This document shows positions 46,707 through 57,884 of a stretch of 64,000 nucleotides of DNA, one piece after another. A model generated the notes under the pieces. The model saw only the letters and a program-made list of their open reading frames with translations. It did not search any database and was not told the DNA's origin. Numbering within the stretch: the first letter of the stretch is position 1; each line of letters starts with the position of its first letter. This stretch comes from Patescibacteria group bacterium (lineage in GTDB: Bacteria; Patescibacteriota; Patescibacteriia; UBA2591; UBA6264): the NCBI GenBank assembly GCA_016784145.1, contig JADHVF010000001.1, forward strand, positions 159,339 through 223,338. Reading direction: 5' to 3'. The position numbers and the translations under genes are program-made.

Positions 46707-47852
46707 ATGCCTCGCATTTATATTTCACCTCAAAATAAAATTGGATATTCATTTCTTTTCTCAACTATTTTAATTAGTATTGGTGTCTTTTGGGGATTAT
46801 TTAATATGTCTCAATATGCTGAAATAATTATTACTCCAACAGTAGCAGAAATTGATATAAATTTTGAAGTAAAAATTAATGACATATCCTTATCCAAAAG
46901 CGACCAAACTTCCCTAATAGGCAGAATAGTTGAATCAATTCAAGAAGTTAAATCTAACACAAAAGTGACTGGCACATCAACTGAAAAAGGATTTAGTGAA
47001 GGAGAAATTACATTAAGTAATAACACATGGAATACTATTAATTTTGTTGCCAGCACAAGATTTGCTTCACCAGCCGGGTTAATATTTAGAGCAGTAAATA
47101 AAATCCGAATCCCTGCTAGAGGAAAAACAAATATATTAGTCCGAGCTGACAAAATAGGGGGAGAATATGATATAGAGCCAGCTTCTTTTTCAATTCCAAA
47201 TCTCCGCAACTCTTTTTTGAAAACAAACATCTCTGCTAAGAGCACCCAAGCAATGAAAGGGGGGTTTTTAGAGACTGGCACAATATTTCAGAAAGACATT
47301 GATGACGCCTTAAATAAATTAAAAGAGAAAGCATATTCTAGAGGGTTAAACGAGATACAAGAGCAATTGTTGAAAAATAATTTTACGATAATTCATAAAG
47401 ACAAAATAATAAAAGAAGAGGTTGATGCTCAAGCCCTTGAGAACAAAACTGAATTCAATGCAATCATAAAAATGAGCATAGGAGCAGTAGCCTTTGACGA
47501 AGCTGATTTACTTGATTTCGCAATTTTATTATTAAAACAAGCCATGCCTTATGGAGAAAAATTAGCTGCCTATGAATCAAGTAGTCTGTCTTATAGATTA
47601 ATAGATTATGACCCATCTGAACGATGGGGTATTCTAGAAACACAAATACGTGGATATACTGTAATCAATTCCAGCCACCCAGAATTACAACCAACAAACT
47701 TTGCTAATCTTTCAAAAAATGAAATAAAAACAATGCTTGAGGAAATGGAAAAAATTAAAGAAGTAAAAATAAAATTATGGCCACCCATAATTACAAAACA
47801 AATGCCAAAGAATATAAACAAAATAAAAATTACTATTAAAAATAATGAATAA
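46707..47852 (+). CDS. hypothetical membrane-anchored protein
   Basis: N-terminal TM helix. Overlaps the thrS start by 8 nt. Confidence 0.4.
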   Translation: MPRIYISPQNKIGYSFLFSTILISIGVFWGLFNMSQYAEIIITPTVAEIDINFEVKINDISLSKSDQTSLIGRIVESIQEVKSNTKVTGTSTEKGFSEGEITLSNNTWNTINFVASTRFASPAGLIFRAVNKIRIPARGKTNILVRADKIGGEYDIEPASFSIPNLRNSFLKTNISAKSTQAMKGGFLETGTIFQKDIDDALNKLKEKAYSRGLNEIQEQLLKNNFTIIHKDKIIKEEVDAQALENKTEFNAIIKMSIGAVAFDEADLLDFAILLLKQAMPYGEKLAAYESSSLSYRLIDYDPSERWGILETQIRGYTVINSSHPELQPTNFANLSKNEIKTMLEEMEKIKEVKIKLWPPIITKQMPKNINKIKITIKNNE

Positions 47853-49635
47853 AAAAATAAGATATTCAATAGATACAATCAGGCACTCAACCAGTCATTT
47901 AATGGCGGCTGCTATTTTGGAATTATTTCCAGCAGCAAAATTTGGCATTGGGCCTACAATTGAAAACGGGTTTTATTATGATATTGATGTTAAAGAAAAA
48001 ATAACATCTGAAGATCTCAAACAAATCACAACCACAATGAAAAAAATGATAAAACAAAAATTACCATTTGAAAAAAAGAAATTGAGTATTCCTCAAGCTA
48101 TAAAATTATTTAATCAAACAAAACAACCATACAAGATAGAGTTATTAGAAGACATAAGCAAACGAGGAACAACAAAAATAACAGGCAAAGCAGATAAACA
48201 AGAATTTGTTACTATCTATAAATTAGGTAATTTTATAGATCTTTGTAAAGGCCCTCATGTAAAAACCACCAAAGATTTAGGGTCTTTTAAAATATCAAAA
48301 ATAGCTGGAGCATATTGGAGGGGTAGTGAAAAAAATAAAATGCTTACTAGAATATATGGAATTGGATTCAAAACTAAAGATGACCTTAAAAAACATATTA
48401 CCAAATTAGAACAAGCTGCCAAAAGAGACCACCGAAAAATAGGGCAGGCATTAGATTTATTTCAAATAAATGAAAATATTGGCCCTGGATTAGTTTTATG
48501 GCACCCAAAAGGAGCTATCTTAAAAAAAACAATTGAAGATTATATTCTTAAGGAATATATGAAAAATAAATACCAACTAGTAAGTACTCCTCATATTGCT
48601 AAATTAAATCTTTGGGAAACATCAGGGCATAATGATTTTTATAGAGAAGACATGTTCCCTGTTATGCACTTAAAAGAAACTGACAAAGAAGCCAAAGAGG
48701 ATTATCAAATAAAACCAATGAATTGCCCTTTTCATATTGCTATTTTCCAAAATCAAATAAGAAGTTATCGTGACTTGCCAGTTCGTTACACTGAACTCGG
48801 GACCGTATATCGCTATGAAAAATCAGGTGTTTTACATGGGATTACAAGAGTAAGAGGATTTACACAAGATGATGCCCATATTTTTTGCACCAAAGATCAA
48901 TTAGACGAAGAAATATCTAAAACAATTTCATTCGCCTTAAAATTATTAAAAATTTTTGGATTTAAAGAGTATAAGATTTGCCTTTCAACTCAACCTAAAA
49001 AATTTGTTGGCTCTCAACCAAACTGGAACAAATCAATCAGAGCCCTTAAAAAAGCATTAAAAAAACAGGACATAAAATTTGAAATAGACAAACAAGGAGG
49101 TTCTTTTTATGGACCAAAAATTGATATTAAAATAAAAGACTCTATTGGCAGGGAGTGGCAATGCACTACTATTCAAGTTGATTTTAACCTTCCTCAAAAG
49201 TTTAATATATGCTATATTGATGATAAGGGCAAGAAACAAGAACCAATTATGATACACAGAGCTTTGCTTGGGTCATTGGAAAGATTTATAGGAATTTTAA
49301 TCGAACATTATACAGGAGCTTTCCCTGTCTGGCTATCCCCCATCCAAGTATATATTGCCCCGGTAGGAAAAACACATCAAAAAGCAGCTAGTGCGTTAGC
49401 AAAAGAGTTAGAAGCACAAGATATTAAAGTGCAAATAGACACATTAAATGAAACAATTTCATATAAAATCAGAAAAGCTACCAAACAAAAAATTCCATAT
49501 ATTCTTGTTATTGGGGACAAGGAAACCAAAGGACGATTTTTAAATATAAGAACAAGAGGAGGAAAAATTATCAAATTAACACTAAAACAATTTATTAGCA
49601 AAATATTAAAACAAATTAAAAATAAAACTTTATGA
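47845..49635 (+). CDS. thrS: threonine--tRNA ligase (lacks N-terminal TGS domain)
   Basis: Editing-domain HxxxH (RHSTSHLMAAA), class II motifs and the zinc-site region. Uses a TGA stop. Confidence 0.9.
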   Translation: MNKKIRYSIDTIRHSTSHLMAAAILELFPAAKFGIGPTIENGFYYDIDVKEKITSEDLKQITTTMKKMIKQKLPFEKKKLSIPQAIKLFNQTKQPYKIELLEDISKRGTTKITGKADKQEFVTIYKLGNFIDLCKGPHVKTTKDLGSFKISKIAGAYWRGSEKNKMLTRIYGIGFKTKDDLKKHITKLEQAAKRDHRKIGQALDLFQINENIGPGLVLWHPKGAILKKTIEDYILKEYMKNKYQLVSTPHIAKLNLWETSGHNDFYREDMFPVMHLKETDKEAKEDYQIKPMNCPFHIAIFQNQIRSYRDLPVRYTELGTVYRYEKSGVLHGITRVRGFTQDDAHIFCTKDQLDEEISKTISFALKLLKIFGFKEYKICLSTQPKKFVGSQPNWNKSIRALKKALKKQDIKFEIDKQGGSFYGPKIDIKIKDSIGREWQCTTIQVDFNLPQKFNICYIDDKGKKQEPIMIHRALLGSLERFIGILIEHYTGAFPVWLSPIQVYIAPVGKTHQKAASALAKELEAQDIKVQIDTLNETISYKIRKATKQKIPYILVIGDKETKGRFLNIRTRGGKIIKLTLKQFISKILKQIKNKTL

Positions 49636-51752
49636 ACAAATCAAACAAAATCCTAGTTATTTTAAATATTGGCTTTGCTTTGCTATTATTTTTATTACCA
49701 AATGCAATAGCACAAGCTCAAGCAACAGAAACACTTGAACCAAATTCAGCCATAACACCAACTACTTTAACAGAACCAGTTGAGCAAGAAGTAAAAACAA
49801 TAGAAGAAAAAATTTTGACAGAGGCGGTTGAGGAAACTCTACTGAAAACAGACAAACAATCCTCTGTAGAAGTTGTTCAAGACCAAAACATAACAGCTGA
49901 TATCCTTGGCATTAAAAAGCAAAAGATACTACCAACCAGTAGATTATATACTTTTAAAAACTTTTGGAGAGGAACAAGAACTGCTTTCACCTTTAACCCT
50001 ATTAAAAAAGCCAACCTCCAATTAAGATATGCTAATGAGCAATTGATTGAAGCTAAAAAAATGGCTAACAAAGAAGATAATCATGAATTAGTAATCAAAA
50101 GCATAACCAAATATAATGAACAAATAGCCAATGCCTCTGATGTGATTAAAAAAGCATCAAAGCAAGACATTGATAAGGTTTTAGAATTTGAAGATAAAAT
50201 AATCAAGAATTCTTTTCAACACCAAAACTTAATTGAAGGCATAGCCAACAAATTAAAACCTGTTATGACCGAAAGGATAATCAAACTTAAAGAAAATGGC
50301 ATTAAGCACCTTGCCAAAACAATTGAAAACTCTGTAGAGCCTGAAAAAATTGAAGGCAAAATAAACCTAATGATTAAAAATCAAACAGCTAGCGAATTTA
50401 AAAATTTTAAAAACCTCGAAATCCTTAAAGCAATCGAAGATAAAATGCCTGAAGAAAGAAAAATAATCATTAAAAATATTCAGAAAAAAACACTTGAAAA
50501 ATTAGGCAATGATTTAGAAAAAATGGAACAAAGCCAAAGAGAGAGGTTTAATCAATATATTAAATATACTGGCGGAGACAAAATTCAACACTTAAAAATT
50601 ATTGATGACATTAATCACCTCGAAGTTCCAGAGAATATTCGCCAAGAAATGGCTAAAGCAAAAGAACAAGCCATTGAACAAATCGAAGAAAAGATAAAAA
50701 AACTCGAGACAAAAGAACATAAACAAGAATTTTTCCGTCATTTAGAGGAAGGGCGAATGGAAGACCTTCGTATTGTAAAAGAGTTAGAGAATAATTTATC
50801 TCCTGAAGTTATTGAAAAAGTTATTGAGATTAAAAATAAAACTTTTAATAAATTTAAGGAAAAAATGGCCAATGCCAAAACGCCTGAGAAACAAGAAAAA
50901 ATTTTTAAAGAAATGAGCGAAATAAAAGATGTTAAACAATTTGAAGTTTTTAAAGAAATTGAAAAAATAATTCCAGAGGATAAACAAGAATTTTTCAAAA
51001 AAATGAAAGAAAAATCAATCAATGAAATGGAAACCAGAATTAAAAATGTTAAAAACAAAGAACAGAGAGAAATGATTTTAGAAAGAATATCAGGAGATAG
51101 GCCTGAACAAATTGAATTAATCAAAGAGTTTATTCCTGCTGGTGAAGCAAGAGAATATATAATGAATAAACAGGCAGTTAAAATAAATAGAAAAATAAAA
51201 GAAATAAATAATCCCAACAGATTGCAAATAATGGAAGAGCGCATTACTAATCAAGTTGATCTCAAAAGGGAAATAGAAAAAAGAACTCCTGCCATTTTTG
51301 AAAGGATTAAAGAGAAAAACAATGAAATTATTAATAATCAAGTTCAAATAGAAACTAATAAATTAATAAAACAGAAAATACTACCTGCTAAAGAAATTAA
51401 AGAATTAGAAAAAATTTGGAAGGAAAAACTAAAAAACAAGGAACAAATAACAACAGACGAACTAATGCCATTTCTAAAAAACCTTGACCTTTCAAATGAA
51501 AAAATTCAACAAATTAAACAACAAGCATCCAAAATAGAAAAAAATACTTTGATTAAAAAACTTGTGCCAATCAAAAATTTACCTAAAACCATTAATAAGC
51601 TTGAGGAAGAATATAGGAATATAAAAAGAATGGATTTTGATGATAACAGGGTTGAAAAAGAGTTTAATGATAACAGGGTTGAAAAAGAGTTTAATAAAAC
51701 AAAAAGTTCAACAGGGGGGATTTGGGATAGAATTAAAAACAAACTCCAATAA
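49632..51752 (+). CDS. secreted Lys/Glu-rich coiled-coil protein with C-terminal tandem repeat
   Basis: Signal peptide (LLLFLLPNAIAQAQA). Low-complexity helical sequence. 30-bp tandem duplication at 51641..51700 (DDNRVEKEFN x2). Confidence 0.5.
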   Translation: MNKSNKILVILNIGFALLLFLLPNAIAQAQATETLEPNSAITPTTLTEPVEQEVKTIEEKILTEAVEETLLKTDKQSSVEVVQDQNITADILGIKKQKILPTSRLYTFKNFWRGTRTAFTFNPIKKANLQLRYANEQLIEAKKMANKEDNHELVIKSITKYNEQIANASDVIKKASKQDIDKVLEFEDKIIKNSFQHQNLIEGIANKLKPVMTERIIKLKENGIKHLAKTIENSVEPEKIEGKINLMIKNQTASEFKNFKNLEILKAIEDKMPEERKIIIKNIQKKTLEKLGNDLEKMEQSQRERFNQYIKYTGGDKIQHLKIIDDINHLEVPENIRQEMAKAKEQAIEQIEEKIKKLETKEHKQEFFRHLEEGRMEDLRIVKELENNLSPEVIEKVIEIKNKTFNKFKEKMANAKTPEKQEKIFKEMSEIKDVKQFEVFKEIEKIIPEDKQEFFKKMKEKSINEMETRIKNVKNKEQREMILERISGDRPEQIELIKEFIPAGEAREYIMNKQAVKINRKIKEINNPNRLQIMEERITNQVDLKREIEKRTPAIFERIKEKNNEIINNQVQIETNKLIKQKILPAKEIKELEKIWKEKLKNKEQITTDELMPFLKNLDLSNEKIQQIKQQASKIEKNTLIKKLVPIKNLPKTINKLEEEYRNIKRMDFDDNRVEKEFNDNRVEKEFNKTKSSTGGIWDRIKNKLQ

Positions 51753-51799
51753 TCTCTCATAAATCTTTTTCTTCTAAAAATCCTTTGCAAGCCAACCGC

Positions 51800-51930
51800 G
51801 AAACAAGATACAAGATACAAATAAATTCCTCAACAAACCCAGTAAGCAGAATAGATGAAGTAAACAATAATCAATAACCAAACAAAAAAACCAAGAAATG
51901 TTTGGTTATTGTTATTCTTACTGAATTCTA
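51800..51930 (+). other. conserved 3'-element copy 2 (gaaacaagatacaa gatacaa ataaattcc ... hairpin aataaccaaaca/tgtttggttatt ... tactgaattcta)
   Basis: Homologous to 30459..30551, with a covarying inner stem. Hairpin spans 51873..51910. Confidence 0.55.
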
Positions 51931-51997
51931 ATAAATAATATACAAAAAGAGATATTAATTATTTTTTAAATTATTTCAAACAAATATCAACAAACAT

Positions 51998-53251
51998 ATG
52001 AAATATCATATTATCACCTTTGGCTGCCAAATGAATGAAAATGACTCAATTAAAATAAAAGCAATGCTTCAAGAACATGGCCTCAAACCATCTTTGACAC
52101 TTGAACAATCTGATATAATCATAGTGAATATGTGCTCTGTTCGACAATCTGCTGTTAATAGAGTTTTTGGATTGCTTCAAAAACAAGGACTTCAAAAAAA
52201 GAATCAAATTAAAATTTTATTTGGCTGTGTTTTGCCAGCTGATAAAAAAAAGTTAAGCCAAAAATTTAACTTAATTTTAAATATTAACAAACTTGAACAA
52301 CTTAAAGAAATATTACCAAACAAAAACATTAACAATATATGTGAACACACTAAAACTTCTAAGGCATCAAAATATGTTCCAATTATGACTGGTTGTAATA
52401 ATTTTTGTACTTATTGCGTTGTCCCATATACTAGAGGCAGGGAAATAAGCAAGGATTACAAAACAATAATAAAACAAATAAAAGATTTGCTTGAATCAGA
52501 CACCAAAGAAATAACATTACTAGGTCAAAATGTGAATTCATATAAAGATAAAAACATTGATTTTCCTAAATTACTAAAACTTATCTCAAAGTTGCCGAAA
52601 AAATTTTGGCTAAGATTTCTAACATCACACCCTAAAGACATCTCTAATAAACTAATTAATGTCATGGCTAATAACGAAAAAATTACAGAATACCTGCATT
52701 TACCAGTTCAATCAGGTAATAATGAAATATTAGACAAAATGAACAGAGGCTATACCATAGAGCAATATAAAAAAATAATAACTCACGCTCGCAATCAAGT
52801 AACCAATATCTGTATTTCAACTGACATTATAGTGGGTTTTCCTGGAGAAACCAAACAACAATTTGAACAAACAGCTAGATTAATGAAATGCGCAAAATTT
52901 GATATGGCTTATATTGCTGAATACTCTCCTCGACCCAATACTCCTGCTAAACAAATGAAAAACAATGTGCCTCAAGTAACTAAATCTGCTCGGCGAAAAA
53001 TTTTAGATAAAATAATAGCCAAAACAGCATTAGAAAATAATAAAAAATATTTAGACAAGGTTATTAATGTATTGATTAATAATAAAAAGCAAGGAGATTA
53101 TTTTGGGAAAACAAGTAATTTTAAAAATATAAAAATCAAGTCAAACAACCTGATTAATGATAAAACCAATTTAAAAAATAAATTTGTAAAAGCCAAGGTT
53201 ACTTCAGTTACTCCATGGAACTTGGAAGGATTGTTAATTAAAAATAACTAA
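51998..53251 (+). CDS. miaB: tRNA-2-methylthio-N6-dimethylallyladenosine synthase (MiaB-family methylthiotransferase)
   Basis: N-terminal MTTase domain (ITFGCQMNEND). Radical-SAM motif CNNFCTYCVVPYTRG. TRAM-like C-terminus. Confidence 0.8.
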   Translation: MKYHIITFGCQMNENDSIKIKAMLQEHGLKPSLTLEQSDIIIVNMCSVRQSAVNRVFGLLQKQGLQKKNQIKILFGCVLPADKKKLSQKFNLILNINKLEQLKEILPNKNINNICEHTKTSKASKYVPIMTGCNNFCTYCVVPYTRGREISKDYKTIIKQIKDLLESDTKEITLLGQNVNSYKDKNIDFPKLLKLISKLPKKFWLRFLTSHPKDISNKLINVMANNEKITEYLHLPVQSGNNEILDKMNRGYTIEQYKKIITHARNQVTNICISTDIIVGFPGETKQQFEQTARLMKCAKFDMAYIAEYSPRPNTPAKQMKNNVPQVTKSARRKILDKIIAKTALENNKKYLDKVINVLINNKKQGDYFGKTSNFKNIKIKSNNLINDKTNLKNKFVKAKVTSVTPWNLEGLLIKNN

Positions 53252-53979
53252 GACTTGTTTGTTAAAGATTTAATTTTTAAAAAACATAAAATATAAACAA
53301 ATATCAGAATAAAGGCTAATGGAAATATACTCCACCACACTTCAAACCTTATAATCGCATTATAAAATCCGTGTAGCAAAATTGCCAAGCCAAGACCTTT
53401 TAACCCTGCTAAATTGCTGATTGATTTCATTTTTACTAATGCAATATAATATCCAATTATCCCTCCTGTTAAAAAATGTAGAAATGTTGTTGTAACTCCC
53501 CTAACTAGAACAGTGCTCATTCCCGAAGAAATAGAAGTATCAACAATCCCGTATAAAAAATTCTCTGAAAAAGCAAACCCTAGTCCAAGAATCATTCCAT
53601 AAACAAACCCATCTCTTAATTCATCAAAATATTTTGATTTATAACTCCTAAAACGCAAAATAAAATATTTGGCTGATTCTTCGATAAAACCGTCAATTAA
53701 AAAAGAAAGCATAAATATATTTATAATTGTATTAATGTGTGTAATTTTATTGACTGTTCTTGTTAAGTAACCACTAATATAGATTAACGGGAAAGTAATC
53801 ATTACTCCCCATAAAAATATTTTTAAAATGGCTATTTTTGGCTCTGGAGCATCTCTATCAAGCCACAAACACACCAATAGCCACAATAAAGTTGGCCCAG
53901 CGCTTAAAACAAAATAAAGAAAAAATTCTTGATAACTCACTTGTTCTATAAAAAATTTTATTAAATTCATAAAAAACAA
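53248..53979 (-). CDS. PrsW-family intramembrane metalloprotease
   Basis: Motifs EESAKY, FLHFLTGGIIG and HGFYN in a polytopic membrane protein. Confidence 0.55.
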   Translation of the reverse strand: MFFMNLIKFFIEQVSYQEFFLYFVLSAGPTLLWLLVCLWLDRDAPEPKIAILKIFLWGVMITFPLIYISGYLTRTVNKITHINTIINIFMLSFLIDGFIEESAKYFILRFRSYKSKYFDELRDGFVYGMILGLGFAFSENFLYGIVDTSISSGMSTVLVRGVTTTFLHFLTGGIIGYYIALVKMKSISNLAGLKGLGLAILLHGFYNAIIRFEVWWSIFPLAFILIFVYILCFLKIKSLTNKS

Positions 53980-54905
53980 TGGAAAAACTTCCTAAATTAA
54001 TTGTAATTATTAGTCCGACTGCTTCAGGGAAAACAGATATATCTATAAAATTGGCTAAAAAATTTTCAGGGGAAATAATTTCTGCTGATAGTCGGGCAAT
54101 TTATAAAGAAATAAATATTGGCACTGCCAAACCATCAACCAAAGAGCAGGATGGTGTTAAACATTATATGATTGATGTTGTCTCTCCTAAAGAAATATTT
54201 ACCGTTGCTCAATTTAAACAACAATCTTTGAAAATTATTAATAATATTCTCAATCAAGAAAAAATACCTTTTTTAGTTGGTGGAACTGGCCTATATGTTG
54301 ATTCCATAGTTAATAACTTAGAAATTCCACCAATACTGCCTGATCAAAAATTAAGAAAAAAATTAGAAGAACAAATATTAAACAAAGGATTAGAATATGT
54401 TTACAAAAAACTTATTAAAATAGACCCTGGCAGTAAAGAATTTATTCAAGCAACTAATCCCAGAAGAATAATAAGAGCAATGGAAGTATGCATTAAGTCC
54501 AAGCAACCATTTTCTCAATTAAGAAAACAAGGAAAACCATTGTTTAATGTTCTTAAAATAGGAATTAAAACTTCTCCAGATATTCTTTATAAAAGAATCA
54601 CTAAAAGAACTCGCCAAATGATAAATAAAGGACTTGTCCAAGAAACCCGCAAATTATTTAAAAAATATGGAAATAAATCTATATTATCTTCAACAATTGG
54701 CTATCAAGAAATAATTCCATATTTAACAACTAACAGTAAAAAATTAAGCGAAACAGCTATAAATGAAATCACTGAATTAATTATAAAAAACACAAAACAT
54801 TATTCATCCAGGCAAATCACTTGGTTTAAACGTGATCAAAATATAAATTGGATTATTAATTACAAGCAAGCAGAAGATATATTAAAAAAATTTTTAAAAC
54901 AGTAA
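53979..54905 (+). CDS. miaA: tRNA dimethylallyltransferase
   Basis: P-loop ISPTASGKT and the ADSRAIYKEINIGTAKP motif. Confidence 0.9.
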   Translation: MEKLPKLIVIISPTASGKTDISIKLAKKFSGEIISADSRAIYKEINIGTAKPSTKEQDGVKHYMIDVVSPKEIFTVAQFKQQSLKIINNILNQEKIPFLVGGTGLYVDSIVNNLEIPPILPDQKLRKKLEEQILNKGLEYVYKKLIKIDPGSKEFIQATNPRRIIRAMEVCIKSKQPFSQLRKQGKPLFNVLKIGIKTSPDILYKRITKRTRQMINKGLVQETRKLFKKYGNKSILSSTIGYQEIIPYLTTNSKKLSETAINEITELIIKNTKHYSSRQITWFKRDQNINWIINYKQAEDILKKFLKQ

Positions 54906-54912
54906 TAAAATA

Positions 54913-56424
54913 TTACCCTAATTCTGTTTCTAAAATAGTCTTAACAATGTTTGGCTCAGCCTTTGACTGAGCTTTTTTCATTGTCATGCCAATTAAATAT
55001 TGAAGAACGCTCTTGTTCCCTTGTTTATATTTAGCTACTACATCTGAATTTTCATCTATTACTTGCTTAATTATATCTTTTAACTGTTGCTCGTCTTTTA
55101 TCTCCTTGAAATCATTTTCAGATAAAACCCTGTCCACGTCTTTACCAGTATTAACCATTTTAGCTAATACTCTTTGTGCTAAATTTTTAGAAATCTTTTT
55201 TTCAAAAATTAAAATAATAAATTCAGCAAAATTGTCTGGACTAATTTTAAAATTACTTAACTTATTTGATTTATCTATGGTTAAAAGCCCATTTATTATC
55301 CAATTTCCAATTAATTTAGTTAATTTTGTTTTATTCTGCTCCCAAATATCTTTAGCAGATCCTTCAACTGTTTCTGTTGATATTAACCAAGATCTCAACT
55401 CACTAACAACCCTTTCTGTCCAGTTTGACAAATTAACATTTTCGCATAAAATTTTTGCTTGATAGCTGTCAAATCCATAAACATCAATAAATCGCTTAAT
55501 TTTATCCAGCGGAAGTTCTGGTAAAGACTTTTTAATATTTTCCAGGTCTATCGGCCAGTTTTTGTTTGAATATAAAATTGGCAGATCTGGCTCTGGAAAA
55601 TATCTGTAATCCTTTTCTCCTTCCTTGCTCCTCTGTTCAAATGTTTTCGCCTGTTTGTCATTCCAGCCACGAGTAGTTTGCTTTTTGGAATGTTTATTTT
55701 TCTCCCATAGCCCTGTTTGTCTTTTTATTTCATAAACAAGCGCATTTTCAACTGCTTTAAAAGAATTAAGATTTTTAATCTCCGTTTTTGTATATAGTTT
55801 TTTTTCTTCATCCAAAGGCCTGAGAGATATGTTTACATCACATCTCATTTGTCCTTTCTCCATATCAGCAGAAGAAATATTCAAATATCTAACTATTCTT
55901 TGCAACTCTTGTAAAAAAATTTTTGCATGAATTGGACTATTTATAACTGGTCTGGTTACTAATTCTAGCAGAGGAACGCCTGCACGATTAAAATCTAACC
56001 AACTTGATTTATCTTTTTTTGAATGTATAAATTTTGCTGTATCTTCTTCTAAGTGTATTCTTTCAAAATTTATCTTAACCAATTCATTGTTTACATTAAT
56101 TTTTAAAAATCCGTTAGCAATTAAAGGCAATTTATATTGACTAATCTGATATCCTTTTGGCAGATCAGGATAAAAATAATTTTTTCTATCAAACCAACAT
56201 TCATCAAAAACATCTCCCTGTAAAGCAATGCCTAATTCTAAGACCTTTTTAACTGCTTGTTTATTCAAAACAGGCAAAACCCCTGGCTGGCCTGTACAAA
56301 TCGCACAAATATTAAAATTTGGTTTTAATACCATTGGATTATTAGCACAACCACAAAACAATTTACTAACTGTATTGAGCTCTAAATGAATTTCTAATCC
56401 AATTACTGGTTTAAGTTTAATCAT
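54913..56424 (-). CDS. gatB: aspartyl/glutamyl-tRNA amidotransferase subunit B
   Basis: N-terminal GLEIHLELNT motif. Length 503 aa. Confidence 0.9.
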   Translation of the reverse strand: MIKLKPVIGLEIHLELNTVSKLFCGCANNPMVLKPNFNICAICTGQPGVLPVLNKQAVKKVLELGIALQGDVFDECWFDRKNYFYPDLPKGYQISQYKLPLIANGFLKINVNNELVKINFERIHLEEDTAKFIHSKKDKSSWLDFNRAGVPLLELVTRPVINSPIHAKIFLQELQRIVRYLNISSADMEKGQMRCDVNISLRPLDEEKKLYTKTEIKNLNSFKAVENALVYEIKRQTGLWEKNKHSKKQTTRGWNDKQAKTFEQRSKEGEKDYRYFPEPDLPILYSNKNWPIDLENIKKSLPELPLDKIKRFIDVYGFDSYQAKILCENVNLSNWTERVVSELRSWLISTETVEGSAKDIWEQNKTKLTKLIGNWIINGLLTIDKSNKLSNFKISPDNFAEFIILIFEKKISKNLAQRVLAKMVNTGKDVDRVLSENDFKEIKDEQQLKDIIKQVIDENSDVVAKYKQGNKSVLQYLIGMTMKKAQSKAEPNIVKTILETELG

Positions 56425-56435
56425 AAATTAATAAA

Positions 56436-57857
56436 TTAACAGGCGCCTTTATGAGATAATACTACTGGGATGGTTTTTAAAAATATTTGCAAATCAAATA
56501 ATAATGACCAGTTTTCAATATAATATATATCTAGTTTTGCTTCTTCATCAAAAGATAACTCTGCTCGACCTGAAATTTGAGCCATGCCAGTAATACCTGG
56601 CTTGATGGCTAATAACTGCTTATGATAATTCTTATACCTAGAAACTTCTTCTGGCTCATGCGGTCTAGGACCGATCAAGCTCATTTTCCCTTGAATAACA
56701 TTAAATAGTTGAGGCAGTTCATCTATACTAAATTTCCTTAAAAATTTACCAAATTTAGTAATTCTTGGGTCTGCGCTCATCTTAAATAATGGACCTGTTT
56801 GTCTTTCGTTATATCTTGCTAATGCTTGCTTATTTTGATGAGCATTTTTCACCATTGACCTAAACTTATATAATTCAAATAATTCTCCTCTTTGTCCTAT
56901 TCGTTTTAGCTTTACAAAAACAGGGCCAGGTGAATCAATTTTAATAATTATAGATAAAATTAAAAACAATGGTAAACAAAATGTAATTCCACTCAATGCT
57001 AAAATTAAATCAAAAAAACGCTTAGACACTCTCCCCCAGCCATCAAGAGATGTTTTTTGGACCACAATAATCGGAATACCAGCAATTGTTTCTGTTTTTA
57101 TATTGCTAGACAAAGCATCAAAAATATCAGCAGCATACTTGAAAAGTATTTGATTAGCCCGACAAAAACCTATTAATCTTAAAACATCTTTTTTTGAAAT
57201 ATCAGGGTCTGTTTGAATAATTTGAGTAATAGCCCTTGGACTTGATTTCCATTGATTTATTAATTTTTCAACATTATCATATTTCCCTAAAATTTTATAC
57301 CCATGTCCTGGATTTTTTTTAATAAAATTTAAAATTTTATCAGATAATTCAGATGAGCCATGGATTAAAATTGGTTCAAGCCCTTTCCCTTTTTTGTAAT
57401 AACCAAGTCTAATCCAATGCAATAAAATCCTGCCAATGCTTACAAAAAAAATGCTCGTAATCCAGCCAGCTAAAATAATAAAACGTGAAGAAAAATATTC
57501 ACGCTTAAAAAAAATAAACAAAACCACCATCATTATTCCCATTGAAGAAGATAAAAATATTTTTGAAAATTCTTTAGAAAAATGACGCCTCTTACCCATA
57601 TTATAAAGTCCTGTCATGGAAAAAATTATAATCCAGCCAAAAAATAAAATAATTAAACTATAAAAATACTTTATAAAGGGAATCTCAAAAATAACTGGCC
57701 TTAATTCAACCAAAGCACTAAATCTTAAATAATAAACAAAAACGCCTGATAAAATTAACATTAAATAATCAACCGGAATTGTAATAACAGATAAAATAAG
57801 GTCAAATTTTTTTATCATATATAATATTATAGCAATAAAAAGCAAGTTGACAAGCAC
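56436..57857 (-). CDS. undecaprenyl-phosphate sugar phosphotransferase (WbaP/bacterial sugar transferase family)
   Basis: C-terminal catalytic domain (KFRSM...DELPQLFNVIQGKMSLIGPRP) and N-terminal TM region. Confidence 0.85.
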   Translation of the reverse strand: MLVNLLFIAIILYMIKKFDLILSVITIPVDYLMLILSGVFVYYLRFSALVELRPVIFEIPFIKYFYSLIILFFGWIIIFSMTGLYNMGKRRHFSKEFSKIFLSSSMGIMMVVLFIFFKREYFSSRFIILAGWITSIFFVSIGRILLHWIRLGYYKKGKGLEPILIHGSSELSDKILNFIKKNPGHGYKILGKYDNVEKLINQWKSSPRAITQIIQTDPDISKKDVLRLIGFCRANQILFKYAADIFDALSSNIKTETIAGIPIIVVQKTSLDGWGRVSKRFFDLILALSGITFCLPLFLILSIIIKIDSPGPVFVKLKRIGQRGELFELYKFRSMVKNAHQNKQALARYNERQTGPLFKMSADPRITKFGKFLRKFSIDELPQLFNVIQGKMSLIGPRPHEPEEVSRYKNYHKQLLAIKPGITGMAQISGRAELSFDEEAKLDIYYIENWSLLFDLQIFLKTIPVVLSHKGAC

Positions 57858-57884
57858 AAGTTTTTATGCTAAAGTTATTATAGA

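Noticed and set aside
49877-51820. Several antisense and internal ORFs (63-168 aa) within the coiled-coil protein gene
   Set aside because: These are low-complexity mirror translations of a Lys/Glu-rich sense gene. None has an RBS or an independent terminator.
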